Assembly: GCA_963677895.2 (NCBI GenBank)
Contig: CAXXGJ010000018.1
Location: forward strand, 32,001 to 96,000
Origin: Treponemataceae bacterium
GTDB lineage: Bacteria > Spirochaetota > Spirochaetia > Treponematales > Rectinemataceae
Reading direction: 5' to 3'
Length of the DNA: 64,000 nucleotides
Part shown: piece after piece, positions 9,171-19,054 of the stretch
Layout of the letters: the number at the start of each line of letters is the position of its first letter
Position numbering within the stretch: the stretch's first letter is position 1
Translations under genes and position numbers: made by a program
Notes under the pieces: generated by a model
What the model saw: the letters and a program-made list of their open reading frames with translations, nothing else
Databases searched by the model: none
What the model was told of the DNA's origin: nothing

Positions 9171-10187
9171 CTATACATCCTTGCGTTCAATCAAAAGCCG
9201 TTGCTCCCGTTCCAATTCCACCACCAACTCTTCCTCGCTGGGTAAAACCAAGCGGTATTTGGATGCGAAGAGCTGTTCGCTTTCCTTCAGGACGGAATAT
9301 TTTACAACGGTTTCATCTTTTTGCGCGCAGAGGATCAAGCCGATGGAAGGATTATCGTCGGCTTGTTTTTTCAGATCGTCAAACATGCGGACATACATGT
9401 CCATCTGGCCGATATCCTGGTGGGTCAGTTCGGTGGTTTTCAGGTCGATCAGGACAAAGCACTTCAGTATGTAGTTATAGAACACTAGATCGATATAGAA
9501 GTGTTTGGTTTCCGTACTGATGCGAAATTGGCGGCCGACAAAGGAGAAACCTCGACCCATCTCTAATAGAAATGATTGAAGATGGTCAACAATGGCGTTT
9601 TCGATGGATTGTTCCCTGGGCCAGGGGGCTTCCGGGAGATCCAGGAATTCCAGTACATAGGGATCTTTGATAAAGTCCCGCGGCTGCCCTTTTACCGCGT
9701 CGGTTGGGGCTAATAGGGCTTCCCGTTTATTCCGGGACGAGAGGAGGCGTTCAAAATGTAAGCTGTTGATGTTCCGTTCCAGTACCCGAGTGCTCCATCG
9801 CTGATCGGCGCATTCATGAATGTAAAATTCTCGGGCATCCGGATTTTCGACCCGCATGATCAGGCGGTAATGGGACCAGGTCAATTCTCTACGCAGTGCG
9901 TAGAGTTTTTCCTCTTGGGGCCATGTCAGGTAGAATTGGCGGAAGTTCCACAGATTGGCGTAAGAGAATCCCTTTCCTAGGTCCGAACTTAATTCTTTGG
10001 ACAATTCCTTGATCAAGTATTCCCCGTAGCCCGCCCGTTCCCGGCCCTGCTGTTCTTGCTCGACAATGCGCCTGCCAATCTGCCAATAGGCTTCCACCAT
10101 GGCAAAATTGACCGCGGTATAGGCTTTCTGGCGGGCCTTGCTCAGGATTTCCCGAATGGAGGAATAGAAATCGTCCAGTTCATTCAT
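9171..10187 (-). CDS. YhcG/DUF1016 PD-(D/E)XK nuclease family protein
   Basis: YWQIGRRIVE, LTWSHY, KDPYVLEFL, YIDLVFYNYILKCFVLIDLK, DIGQMDMY. Confidence 0.92.
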   Translation of the reverse strand: MNELDDFYSSIREILSKARQKAYTAVNFAMVEAYWQIGRRIVEQEQQGRERAGYGEYLIKELSKELSSDLGKGFSYANLWNFRQFYLTWPQEEKLYALRRELTWSHYRLIMRVENPDAREFYIHECADQRWSTRVLERNINSLHFERLLSSRNKREALLAPTDAVKGQPRDFIKDPYVLEFLDLPEAPWPREQSIENAIVDHLQSFLLEMGRGFSFVGRQFRISTETKHFYIDLVFYNYILKCFVLIDLKTTELTHQDIGQMDMYVRMFDDLKKQADDNPSIGLILCAQKDETVVKYSVLKESEQLFASKYRLVLPSEEELVVELEREQRLLIERKDV

Positions 10188-10207
10188 GTTTCTCTTCCTC
10201 CTTTTTC

Positions 10208-11398
10208 CTAAACAAACATTTTTTCGAGGCAGGCTTTTTTAATGTTCTTCAGCTTGTCCAGTTCACGCTGGTGGAGGGAAATGAGGGAGTCGAGGCATTG
10301 GAAGAAGGCTGCGATCTTGTTTTGCTCTTCAATATCTTCCGGTAGAACAATCACTATTTCACTCATCACATTGTTCATCAATTTGGGATTCCCTACTTTT
10401 GATACATGTTTCCATGCAATTTTATTTAATGATTCAGCAACCATTTTATTAGCATATCCCTCATTAGATAGCAAAACTCCACATACATTTGTACAGTAAA
10501 ATTTTCCATTACGGAAATTTACAGTACCTGCATTTGCTCCATCAGTTGTCCAAGTAATTGCGTTAGTGTAGAGGTACTTTTTATAGTATCCCATCAGCCC
10601 ATTCTCTTTTGTTTGGGATGAATAAACTGGATATGAATTTTCTTTTGTTTTTTTTTCACTTGTTTCAGGGGCTGCAAGTACGTAGCCACGAGTAACTTTG
10701 AAAATATCGCTTATTTTTTTTCTATCCCATTTCCTCGCAAACCCCTTAATACGGATCTCCGGAACATTGGTGCCTTCTTGGGGAAACATTTTTTCGAGCA
10801 TAGCTTTTTTTACAGCGAAAAGCTTGTCGTGCTTACGCTGATGCAGGGCGATCATAGCATCGAGTTCTTGGAAAAAGCTGCCGATTTGGCTTTGTTCTTC
10901 TACGGAAGGTGTATTAGCTACAATCTGAAGGAAATCAGACTCGTGAATCCTCCATTGACCATAAATAACTCCTTGTCTCCAACGAATCATCTGGTTAATG
11001 AAATATTCTCGAATCATTAAGCGTCCAATGAAATTGGAATTACCATATTTTGTTGGCTGAAAAATGCTGTAAACCGGTGAAATCGAGGCTTTCCCATAGT
11101 TGTTTAGGCCTATTGAACCAGTTTCAAGGTTATTAGAGCTATAAATAAAATCACCAAATTCTGTATGTTTATATCTCTTGTTTTTTTCATCATTCACCAA
11201 GAACTCGCGGTTATATCGATCGCCTTTTTTTGTAACACCCTCGTACGCAATAAAAGCCATGAGTGGGTACTCTTCACTTTTGGGAGCCTGAATATTCCGC
11301 TCGACAAGTATTTCGCTAACTTTCTTTTCTTCCCACTCCTCCTCAAATCCCTTAAACCGTAGCTCAGGTGTCATTTTTGTCTTTTTCATATCACTCAC
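10208..11398 (-). CDS. hsdS: Type I restriction specificity subunit S (two TRDs)
   Basis: Duplicated conserved blocks PELRFKGF/PEIRIKGF and EEQ..I..FF..LD..I.LHQR...KKA.LEKMF flank two AT-rich TRDs. Confidence 0.95.
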   Translation of the reverse strand: MSDMKKTKMTPELRFKGFEEEWEEKKVSEILVERNIQAPKSEEYPLMAFIAYEGVTKKGDRYNREFLVNDEKNKRYKHTEFGDFIYSSNNLETGSIGLNNYGKASISPVYSIFQPTKYGNSNFIGRLMIREYFINQMIRWRQGVIYGQWRIHESDFLQIVANTPSVEEQSQIGSFFQELDAMIALHQRKHDKLFAVKKAMLEKMFPQEGTNVPEIRIKGFARKWDRKKISDIFKVTRGYVLAAPETSEKKTKENSYPVYSSQTKENGLMGYYKKYLYTNAITWTTDGANAGTVNFRNGKFYCTNVCGVLLSNEGYANKMVAESLNKIAWKHVSKVGNPKLMNNVMSEIVIVLPEDIEEQNKIAAFFQCLDSLISLHQRELDKLKNIKKACLEKMFV

Positions 11399-14021
11399 CC
11401 TTCAAGAGCTGCTGAAATTCAGCCAAGCCTTTGAGGTCGTAGTCGCTGCCTGTGAGTTCGTCGATAAGTGAAGAAAGACTCGCTTCGGTTTCGCGCATCT
11501 CTTCAACCACGTCCTTGTAGGTGGTTTTATACTTTTCCGCCAAGGCCTCGACCCCGCCTGAAAGGCTGGCGATAACTTCATCCGGCAGCTTATGCAAAGA
11601 AGTCACTAAAGGAGCAATCCACTTCTGTTCGAGGAGCTTCTTCACCTGATCGTCGCTTAAAGCCTCGATGGTCGATTTCGTCGCGAGGTGGAGGGCGGCG
11701 TCTTGAGCCTTCACCTCTTTTTTCAAGATTTTCTCTTCTCCAAGTAGCTCATCCGCTTTCACGATTTTCGCTTCGTAGGAATCTTCGTCAAAAGCTTCGC
11801 TTTTGACGGCGCTAAAGGCGAAGCCTTTAGCGTTGCATTTAGAGCTGCCCTTAATCGTGTCTGCCCTGAGCTGCTTGGCTTCCTTGGCGAGTTCCGCGGG
11901 GACAAAACCGTCGCCGTTCTCATTGAAAGCGTCGCTCTCTTTTTCATCATCGGCGAAGGAGTCGAGGAGCTCCGCAAGCTCGCTGTCAATTTCCGTAAGC
12001 CGGGTTTCACTCTCGTTAAGCTTCTGATAGTCAGTTTTGAGAAGGCTTTGCTGCACAAGGTCAAAGGGAAGGATGCGGCCCACCCATCCCTCCTGAACTT
12101 CCTGGTCCTTGCCCTCTTTTTTCTTCATGACCACGTTGGGATCGACCTTCTTCGTCGCCTCGAAACCCTCGCTCTGGATGATCTCCAGATCCACCGCGAT
12201 CTTCGTCCACTCATCGTCCAGGATCTGATAGGCCTCGTATCTGTCGATGAGGGGGATGGACTCGAGGCGTTTGAAAATCCCCTTGCTGAGGGCTGCTTCT
12301 TCCTGCGAAATGTCTAGTTCGAGCATCGTGGTGATAAGGTCTTTTTTAATCGCCCTGTCGAAGCTCGCGAACGCGGCTTCAAAGGCGCCGATAAAGCCCT
12401 GGACGTCGGCGTTCTCCCTTATGGCGAGCTTGACGTCCTTTACTTTAAGTGCTGCGTAGGGGCCTGGCTTTTTTGAGAAAAGGGCGGAGCGTAGGCCAGG
12501 AAAGGCTGTCCAGTAAGCCTCGAGCGCGTCGATTTCCTTTTTAGGGATCCCGCCGAACATGGAGGCGTAGATATCCCAGCTTTCCGCCCCTTCCGAGGAA
12601 TCAACGTATCGCGGAATGTTGAGGTTGTAGTCGTTGTCCCTAATTTCTTCGCGGCTCACGACACGCGAAAATTTCGGCGCCATATCCCGCGCGATCACTG
12701 TATCGGCGATGCGCTTTACGTCCGAGGCGCGGAGCTTATTGCTCTTGCCGACCTTGATGAAGCCCTTCGAGGCGTCGACGATAAGAATGTCGGTATTTTC
12801 GCGCTTTTGTTTCAATACCATTACGATGGTCGGAATGCCCGTGCCGAAGAATATGTTGGCCGGAAGCCCGATGATCGCGTCGATATGGTTCCCCTCGATG
12901 AGCTTCTTGCGTATCTCGCCTTCAACCCCGCCGCGGAAAAGGACGCCGTGGGGCAGGACGATGGTCATGATCCCATCGGGCTTCAGGTGAAAGAGCTCGT
13001 GGAGCAGAAAGGCATAGTCCGCTTTGGACTTGGGCGCGAGTCCGAAGCGCGCATAGCGGGGATCGGTTTCCTTGTTTGATGAGTCCCACTTCTGGGAATA
13101 GGGCGGATTCGAGACCACAGCGTCCACATAGAGGGGGCTGTAGGTATTGACCGGATCGTTCTCGTCGAAATAGGGCCAATCGGTTTCGAGGGTGTCGGCA
13201 TTCCGGGTCACGATATTGTCGACCAGGATTCCGCGCATAACGAGGTTCATGCGGGTGAGGTTGTAGGTATTCTGCTTGAGCTCCTGGGCGTAATACTTGA
13301 TGTTCCGGTCATCTTTCATGTGCTTCGCTACGCTGCGCCCGATATTGATGAGGAGAGATCCCGAACCGCTCGTGGGGTCGTAGATCGTTATCTCTTTCTT
13401 GTTCCGCAGGTGGTGGGCGACGATCTCCGACATGAGGAGGGACACTTCATGGGGAGTGTAGAACTCGCCGGCCTTCTTGCCAGCGTTGGCCGCGAACATG
13501 CTTATGAGGTACTCATAAATGAAGCCCAGCACGTCGTAGTCCTGCTTGCCGTCCATGGGGATGTCTTTGATCAGGTGCAGGAGGGCGCTTATCGCCTTGG
13601 TCTGGGACGCGGCGCTGTCGCCCAACTTGCTCAAGCCCGTCTGCAGGGTATCGAAGATGCCGTTAAACATTTTTTTATGCGCGGTATCGATCAATCGGCT
13701 GAACGCCGAGAGGGCATCCCGGACATTGGAAACGTCAAACTCATTGCCCTTGTCGATCCAGGTCGAAAACAAGTCCTTATAGGCGATGAAATAGCCCAGA
13801 TTGCTCTTGAAGTATGCTGCGGTCTGGGCGTCCTCCTCGGAAAGGGCCTTTATTTCCTTGGCGGACATGCCTTCCCTTTTGGCGAATCTCAATTCATTGT
13901 CCGAAAGGTATTTGTAAAAAATGAACCCTAAAATATAGTCCTTGTACTCATTGGCTTCGATTTTGGACCGCATCTGGTTGGCCGATTCCCAGATTTTCGC
14001 CGCTAACTGCTGTTTGTTCAT
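11391..14021 (-). CDS. hsdM: Type I restriction methyltransferase subunit M
   Basis: LAAKIWESANQMR start, GEFYTP, YDPTSGSGSLL, NPPY, YNLNIPRY; long C-terminal extension. Confidence 0.96.
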   Translation of the reverse strand: MNKQQLAAKIWESANQMRSKIEANEYKDYILGFIFYKYLSDNELRFAKREGMSAKEIKALSEEDAQTAAYFKSNLGYFIAYKDLFSTWIDKGNEFDVSNVRDALSAFSRLIDTAHKKMFNGIFDTLQTGLSKLGDSAASQTKAISALLHLIKDIPMDGKQDYDVLGFIYEYLISMFAANAGKKAGEFYTPHEVSLLMSEIVAHHLRNKKEITIYDPTSGSGSLLINIGRSVAKHMKDDRNIKYYAQELKQNTYNLTRMNLVMRGILVDNIVTRNADTLETDWPYFDENDPVNTYSPLYVDAVVSNPPYSQKWDSSNKETDPRYARFGLAPKSKADYAFLLHELFHLKPDGIMTIVLPHGVLFRGGVEGEIRKKLIEGNHIDAIIGLPANIFFGTGIPTIVMVLKQKRENTDILIVDASKGFIKVGKSNKLRASDVKRIADTVIARDMAPKFSRVVSREEIRDNDYNLNIPRYVDSSEGAESWDIYASMFGGIPKKEIDALEAYWTAFPGLRSALFSKKPGPYAALKVKDVKLAIRENADVQGFIGAFEAAFASFDRAIKKDLITTMLELDISQEEAALSKGIFKRLESIPLIDRYEAYQILDDEWTKIAVDLEIIQSEGFEATKKVDPNVVMKKKEGKDQEVQEGWVGRILPFDLVQQSLLKTDYQKLNESETRLTEIDSELAELLDSFADDEKESDAFNENGDGFVPAELAKEAKQLRADTIKGSSKCNAKGFAFSAVKSEAFDEDSYEAKIVKADELLGEEKILKKEVKAQDAALHLATKSTIEALSDDQVKKLLEQKWIAPLVTSLHKLPDEVIASLSGGVEALAEKYKTTYKDVVEEMRETEASLSSLIDELTGSDYDLKGLAEFQQLLKGE

Positions 14022-14275
14022 TTCTTCGATACCTTCCTAATGCTTATAGACACCGTTTTTCTATCCTAATAGAAATTATTTTATCATAGTTTTTCACGAT
14101 TTCCATCAGGATAAGCTACACAGCGAAGGATCGATATCCGAGACGATAGAAGGCCTGTGAATCCTGCAGATCCTGCTATCATGTCAGGATTTCTTCATAC
14201 GTCGCGTTTTTGCCCCTTTCGCGCGGCGGAAGAGGAAGCCGGCGGCGGGCCGGGGGGCTAGCGACGGGCAAAGCC

Positions 14276-15088
14276 TCAGCCCAGGGCTACGTCCAGCACC
14301 ATCATGAGGGCAAAGCCGAGCATGGTGCCGATGGTGGCGAGATGGCCGTTGCCGCCCCTGTTCGCTTCGGGAAGGACTTCCTCGGCGACGACGTAGATCA
14401 TGGCGCCCGCGGCGAAGGCGAGGGCGTAAGGGAGAATCGGCCGCATGGTGCCGACGAGCAGCACGCCGAGGATGCCGGCTATCGGCTCGACGATGCCCGA
14501 GGCCTGGCCATAGAAGAAACTCTTGAATCTTCCCATGCCGTCGCGGCGCAATGGAATGGAAACGGCCGCGCCTTCGGGGAAGTTCTGAAGTCCAATGCCC
14601 ATGGCGAGGGCTACGGCACCCGCGAGGTTCGCGGAACTGATGCCTGCTCCCACGGCGCCGAATCCTACGCCAACGGCGAGGCCTTCCGGGATGTTGTGCA
14701 GGGTTATGGCTAGAACTAGGAGGGTGCTGCGCTGCCAATTCGTCTTGATGCCTTCGGCTTCGTCCCGCTTGTATTCGATATGGACATGGGGAAGGAGGAG
14801 GTCGACGAGGCGCAGGAAAAGACCGCCGCCCAGGAATCCTACGAGGGGGGGGAACCATTTGACGAGTCCCATGCTCTCGGCCAGGTCTATGGAGGGAGCG
14901 AGGAGGGACCAGAAGCTGGCCGCTATCATGACACCCGCGGCGAATCCAAGCATGCCGTCCAGCACACGCCGATCGATTGTCTTGAAAAAGAAAACCATTC
15001 CGGCGCCAAGGGCGGTGACGCCCCAGGTGAAGAGCGTGGCGACAAACGTCTGAGCGACGGGAGACATCGAGTTTAGCCAATTCAGCAT
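14276..15088 (-). CDS. ZIP family metal transporter (GufA/ZupT-like)
   Basis: ITLHNIPEGLAVG, GIGLQNFPEG, FAAGAMIYVV; multiple TM helices. Confidence 0.92.
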   Translation of the reverse strand: MLNWLNSMSPVAQTFVATLFTWGVTALGAGMVFFFKTIDRRVLDGMLGFAAGVMIAASFWSLLAPSIDLAESMGLVKWFPPLVGFLGGGLFLRLVDLLLPHVHIEYKRDEAEGIKTNWQRSTLLVLAITLHNIPEGLAVGVGFGAVGAGISSANLAGAVALAMGIGLQNFPEGAAVSIPLRRDGMGRFKSFFYGQASGIVEPIAGILGVLLVGTMRPILPYALAFAAGAMIYVVAEEVLPEANRGGNGHLATIGTMLGFALMMVLDVALG

Positions 15089-15239
15089 CGATTTTTCCTC
15101 CGCGAGAACCTTTTCTCAGTATAACAAAGAACCTGATGGCTGGGCAAATATTCGTTTTCCGTATAAATAATCTTCATCGATCGTAAAAAAATTCATTGAC
15201 CTGGATTGTTTCATATTCTAGACTGCAAAAACCTGGGAG

Positions 15240-16493
15240 GTGCCATTGGCTTTACACGACCGTGTCCTTCGTCGATTCGTCGCGGCGACTATCATGTTGT
15301 TCCTGGTTTTTGGAATTCTTGCCGATGGGCCACGTTCGTGTTTGGAAGGTTTTCTGCGCCTTCAGGTCAGTCCCACCCGCCTCATGAGCGATTTTACCGC
15401 CATGGAAGGGACCGGCGCGGCTTTTGTCAACGCCGCGTGCGTTGGATTGGTGGGCCTGCTCATCCTGAGAATAAACAGAATTTCGCTTTCCGGACCTACC
15501 GTGGCGGCGATTTTCACCATGATCGGCTTCGCTTTATTCGGAAAGACACTGCTCAACTGCATTCCCATAATCATCGGCGTCAGCCTCGCCGCCATCATCG
15601 TCGGGAAACAGCCCAGGGAATATACCCTGATCGCGATGTTCGGAACGGCCTTGGGTCCCATCGTCAGCTATGTGGCCTTCGAGATGGGGCTTCCCCTCGC
15701 GTTCGCGCTTCCCGCATCGATGCTCATAGGCGTATTCACGGGCATCCTGCTTCCCCCGCTGGCCCTGACCATGCTGCATCTCCATCAGGGATACAATCTC
15801 TATAACGTCGGGCTGACGGCTGGCTTCATCGGGCTTTTTGCCGCGTCCATACCGAACGCCGGCGGACGCGACATCTCGACGATCACGGAATGGGGGCTGG
15901 CTTCCGATCCATGGCTGATTCTCATCATTCCCCTGCTGAGCGTTTTCGCCATCGCGGCAGCCTTCGTATGCTGTGGCGGCAAATCCTGGAAGGAATTCCT
16001 GGCCATCCAGAAGCTGCCTGGGCGTCTGCCCTCCGATTTCTGCGACCTGGAAGGACCGGGAGGAGCCCTGCTGAACGCCGGCATCCTCGGCCTCATGTAT
16101 AGCGCTTACATAGCCATCATCGGCGCTCCCTTCAATGGTCCCGTCATTGGCGGGCTCATGACGGTTGTGGGGTTCGGCTTCTTCGGCAAAAATCCCAGGA
16201 ATGTCTATCCCATCTTTATCGGCCTTCTTCTCGCGGCCTTGCTGTTCGGCAAGGATCTGACCGAATCCTGGGTCGTGCTGGCCTTTCTCTTCGGAACGGC
16301 GCTGGCGCCGCTCGCGGGAGAATTCGGCCTTTTCGTGGGTATGGCAGCGGGCTTCCTTCATCTTGTGATCGTCGAGCGTTCGGGTACCTGGCATGGCGGC
16401 ATGAACCTTTACAATAATGGATTTGCCGGCGGCCTCACGGCGACGCTGATCGTCGCGGTCATCGAGTGGTACAAGACCAATGTTCAGCGATAA
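15240..16493 (+). CDS. DUF1576-family membrane protein
   Basis: Two internal repeats with GF..FGK, FGTAL.P and G.NLYN.G..G motifs. Confidence 0.8.
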   Translation: MPLALHDRVLRRFVAATIMLFLVFGILADGPRSCLEGFLRLQVSPTRLMSDFTAMEGTGAAFVNAACVGLVGLLILRINRISLSGPTVAAIFTMIGFALFGKTLLNCIPIIIGVSLAAIIVGKQPREYTLIAMFGTALGPIVSYVAFEMGLPLAFALPASMLIGVFTGILLPPLALTMLHLHQGYNLYNVGLTAGFIGLFAASIPNAGGRDISTITEWGLASDPWLILIIPLLSVFAIAAAFVCCGGKSWKEFLAIQKLPGRLPSDFCDLEGPGGALLNAGILGLMYSAYIAIIGAPFNGPVIGGLMTVVGFGFFGKNPRNVYPIFIGLLLAALLFGKDLTESWVVLAFLFGTALAPLAGEFGLFVGMAAGFLHLVIVERSGTWHGGMNLYNNGFAGGLTATLIVAVIEWYKTNVQR

Positions 16494-16517
16494 AGCGTTC
16501 GTAAAAGGAAAATTACA

Positions 16518-16925
16518 ATGAAGCGGAGAGATTTTCTCGTGCATCTCATCAGCGAAGTTTCGAGCTTCATCCTCCAGGAACAGCCGCGCAAAATGGTCAT
16601 TTCCCTGCATCAGGAAACCGACGGCATCCATCTCGCGGTGATAGACGACAGGCAACGCAGCGACGCGGAAGTCAAGGAAATCGAACGTTCGCTCAACGCC
16701 GCCAAAAGGCCGGAACTGGCCGGCTATTATGGGGAAATGGCGGGCCACGATCTTCTCGGCAGCGCCCGTCTCAATCTCGTCGGCTGGCAGATAAAGCATG
16801 CCGACGTGATGAGAACGCCCGAAGGCGGCGTCATGCTCAACATGTGGATCGGGGGCGAGGGATTCGAATACAAGAAGTTCACGCTGGATTCCGGAAAGTC
16901 GAACGGGGGCGGAAAAGAGAAATGA
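16518..16925 (+). CDS. Conserved hypothetical protein (DUF1576 partner)
   Basis: AAGGA SD; RPELAGYYGEMAG motif; directly follows the DUF1576 gene. Confidence 0.65.
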   Translation: MKRRDFLVHLISEVSSFILQEQPRKMVISLHQETDGIHLAVIDDRQRSDAEVKEIERSLNAAKRPELAGYYGEMAGHDLLGSARLNLVGWQIKHADVMRTPEGGVMLNMWIGGEGFEYKKFTLDSGKSNGGGKEK

Positions 16926-16968
16926 CGGCGGTGTTGCCTGCCCGCGGGTAAGTCGCTATAGTCAACGC

Positions 16969-18453
16969 ATGGCTGCGAGCATTTTATGGTACGATCTGGA
17001 GACGTTCGGCATCGATCCCCGGCATGACAGGATCGCGCAGTTCGCGTGCATCCGAACGGATGAAAACCTCGAGGAAATCGATGAGCCGGTAAAGCTCTAC
17101 TGCAAGCCATCGCTCGATTACCTGCCTTCTCCGGCGGCATGCAAGGTTCACGGCATCACGCCGCAGACGGCTTTCGAACTTGGGTTGAACGAGTACGATC
17201 TGTCGCTTCGCCTGCTGGATGAATTTTCCCGTCCGGGCACGACGGTGGCGGGCTACAATTCCATCAATTTCGACGATGAATTCATCCGATTCCTCTTCTA
17301 CAGAAATCTTCTCGACCCTTACGCGCGCGAGTACGCGAACGGTAATTCCCGCTGGGACATCATCAACCTGGTGAGGGCCGCCCACGACCTGCGTCCCGAC
17401 GGCATCGTCTGGCCCAAGGATAAGGACGGAACGCCCCTCTTCAAGCTGGAGGTGCTGGCCAAGGCCAACGGGCTCGTACACGCCTCGGCACACGACGCGT
17501 TGAGCGATATCCGCGCGACGATTTCGCTCGCCAGGCTTGTCAAGACAAAACAGGAAAAGCTCTATGCCTGGTATTTCTCGCACCGCAAGCGGGAGAGCCT
17601 TAAGCCGCTTATAAACCTGCCCGCGCGCAGGATGCTACTCCATACGTCTGCGGAATATACCTCGGTGCGGGACTGCACGACGCTGGTGGCGCCGGTGGGC
17701 ATCGATCCGGCCAACAGGAATCAGGTTATCGCCATCGATCTGCGCTTCGATCCCGGCGAACTGGTTTCCCTTTCCGTGGAGGCGATCAGGCAGCGCGTCT
17801 TCGCGAAGGCGGGCGAGCGTACCGAGCCCAGAATTCCTCTTTCGAGGATACTCCTCAATCATTGCCCCTTCCTGGCTCCTTCCGGCACGCTCTCAAAGGA
17901 AGCGGGCGAAAGCCTGGGGCTGGACAAGGACCTGTGCGGGAAGCGGCTCGCCTTCATCAACGACAACCCGGGGCTCGTTCAGAAGCTCACCGCCGTATTC
18001 GACGAACCCATGCCTCCTCCCGCCACCGACGATCCCGACGTCTGCCTCTATTCGGGCGGCTTCATGCCCAACGCCGACAGGGATAAGTTGACCAAATTCC
18101 ATATGATGCTGGCGGTAAAGCGGATCACGCCCGATGGCTTGAAAGCCGCCAAATCGTCGCTGTTGAAGATGAAGTTCGTCGACGACAGAATACCGCGCCT
18201 CGCCCATAGGCTTTTCGCGAGAAACTTTCCCGAAACCTTGGGCGACGCCGAACGTTTGAAATGGCGAGACTTCTGCGCCGGCAGGATTCAGCTTCCCGCG
18301 AGGGAGGGGACGGTGGAGCTTGCCGACTATGCCAGGCTCGTGGAAACCGAGCTGGCCGATCCCGAGCTTTCCGCGCCGAAGCGGGCGATCATCCATGCCC
18401 TCCTCGAATGGAAAAAGCATATCGAGGAAGAAGTGCTATCCTGGGGGGGCTGA
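16969..18453 (+). CDS. sbcB: Exodeoxyribonuclease I
   Basis: WYDLETFG, AQFACIRTD, GYNSINFDDE, AHDALSDI DEDDh motifs. Confidence 0.93.
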   Translation: MAASILWYDLETFGIDPRHDRIAQFACIRTDENLEEIDEPVKLYCKPSLDYLPSPAACKVHGITPQTAFELGLNEYDLSLRLLDEFSRPGTTVAGYNSINFDDEFIRFLFYRNLLDPYAREYANGNSRWDIINLVRAAHDLRPDGIVWPKDKDGTPLFKLEVLAKANGLVHASAHDALSDIRATISLARLVKTKQEKLYAWYFSHRKRESLKPLINLPARRMLLHTSAEYTSVRDCTTLVAPVGIDPANRNQVIAIDLRFDPGELVSLSVEAIRQRVFAKAGERTEPRIPLSRILLNHCPFLAPSGTLSKEAGESLGLDKDLCGKRLAFINDNPGLVQKLTAVFDEPMPPPATDDPDVCLYSGGFMPNADRDKLTKFHMMLAVKRITPDGLKAAKSSLLKMKFVDDRIPRLAHRLFARNFPETLGDAERLKWRDFCAGRIQLPAREGTVELADYARLVETELADPELSAPKRAIIHALLEWKKHIEEEVLSWGG

Positions 18454-18538
18454 AGGCGAGAAATCGGCCGCGGCCGTATGGTTTTCCGAATTATCGCGCT
18501 ATTGTTATCGTGGGGTTTTATGCCCCAGGCGGTATATC

Positions 18539-19049
18539 ATGAAGAAACGAGGGTTTTCGTTCAGCGTTGCGCTGATAGCATTCATCTCTCTTGGAGCCGT
18601 GACGCTTCATGCCGAGGCAGGAGCGGCGGCACCCGGCGCGAAGTCCACCCCCCATAGCGATGACGGTCCAGGTGACCAGGAGCCAGATAAGGGAGTCTCC
18701 TTCCGTCATAGCCCCCATACTGGCGACCATCGTCTACAGGAATAAAGTCGTCGTGTACGAAAGCAAGGACGGCTGGGCCAAGGTTCAGGTGCCCGGCTCG
18801 ACGAGGTGCGGCTATATGTTCATGTCCGCGCTCACGGAAAGGACGATAAGCTCGACCGATGCCGGAAGGGCCGCTTCGGGCATCACCGGCAGCGAAATCG
18901 CCCTTGCCGGCAAGGGATTCAGCGAGTCGGTGGAAGAGTCTTACCGCAAGAGTTCGGGCGCTGATTATTCCTGGGTGGATGCCATGGAAGGGTACGCGTA
19001 TTCCCCCGAAACCGTGGTCGGCTTTCTGGCGGGCGCGCCGCAGCGGTGA
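18539..19049 (+). CDS. Secreted SH3b-like protein, frameshifted (+1) at C6 run 18648-18653
   Basis: Signal peptide MKKRGFSFSVALIAFISLGAVTLHA is in one frame; SH3b-like QIRESPS...DGWAKV...GYM and EIALAGKGF are in another. Removing one C joins them. Confidence 0.7.
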
Positions 19050-19054
19050 GATGA

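Noticed and set aside
14021..14276. Right boundary of the defence island as an att site
   Set aside because: GC content shifts here, but no tRNA, integrase or flanking direct repeat could be identified.
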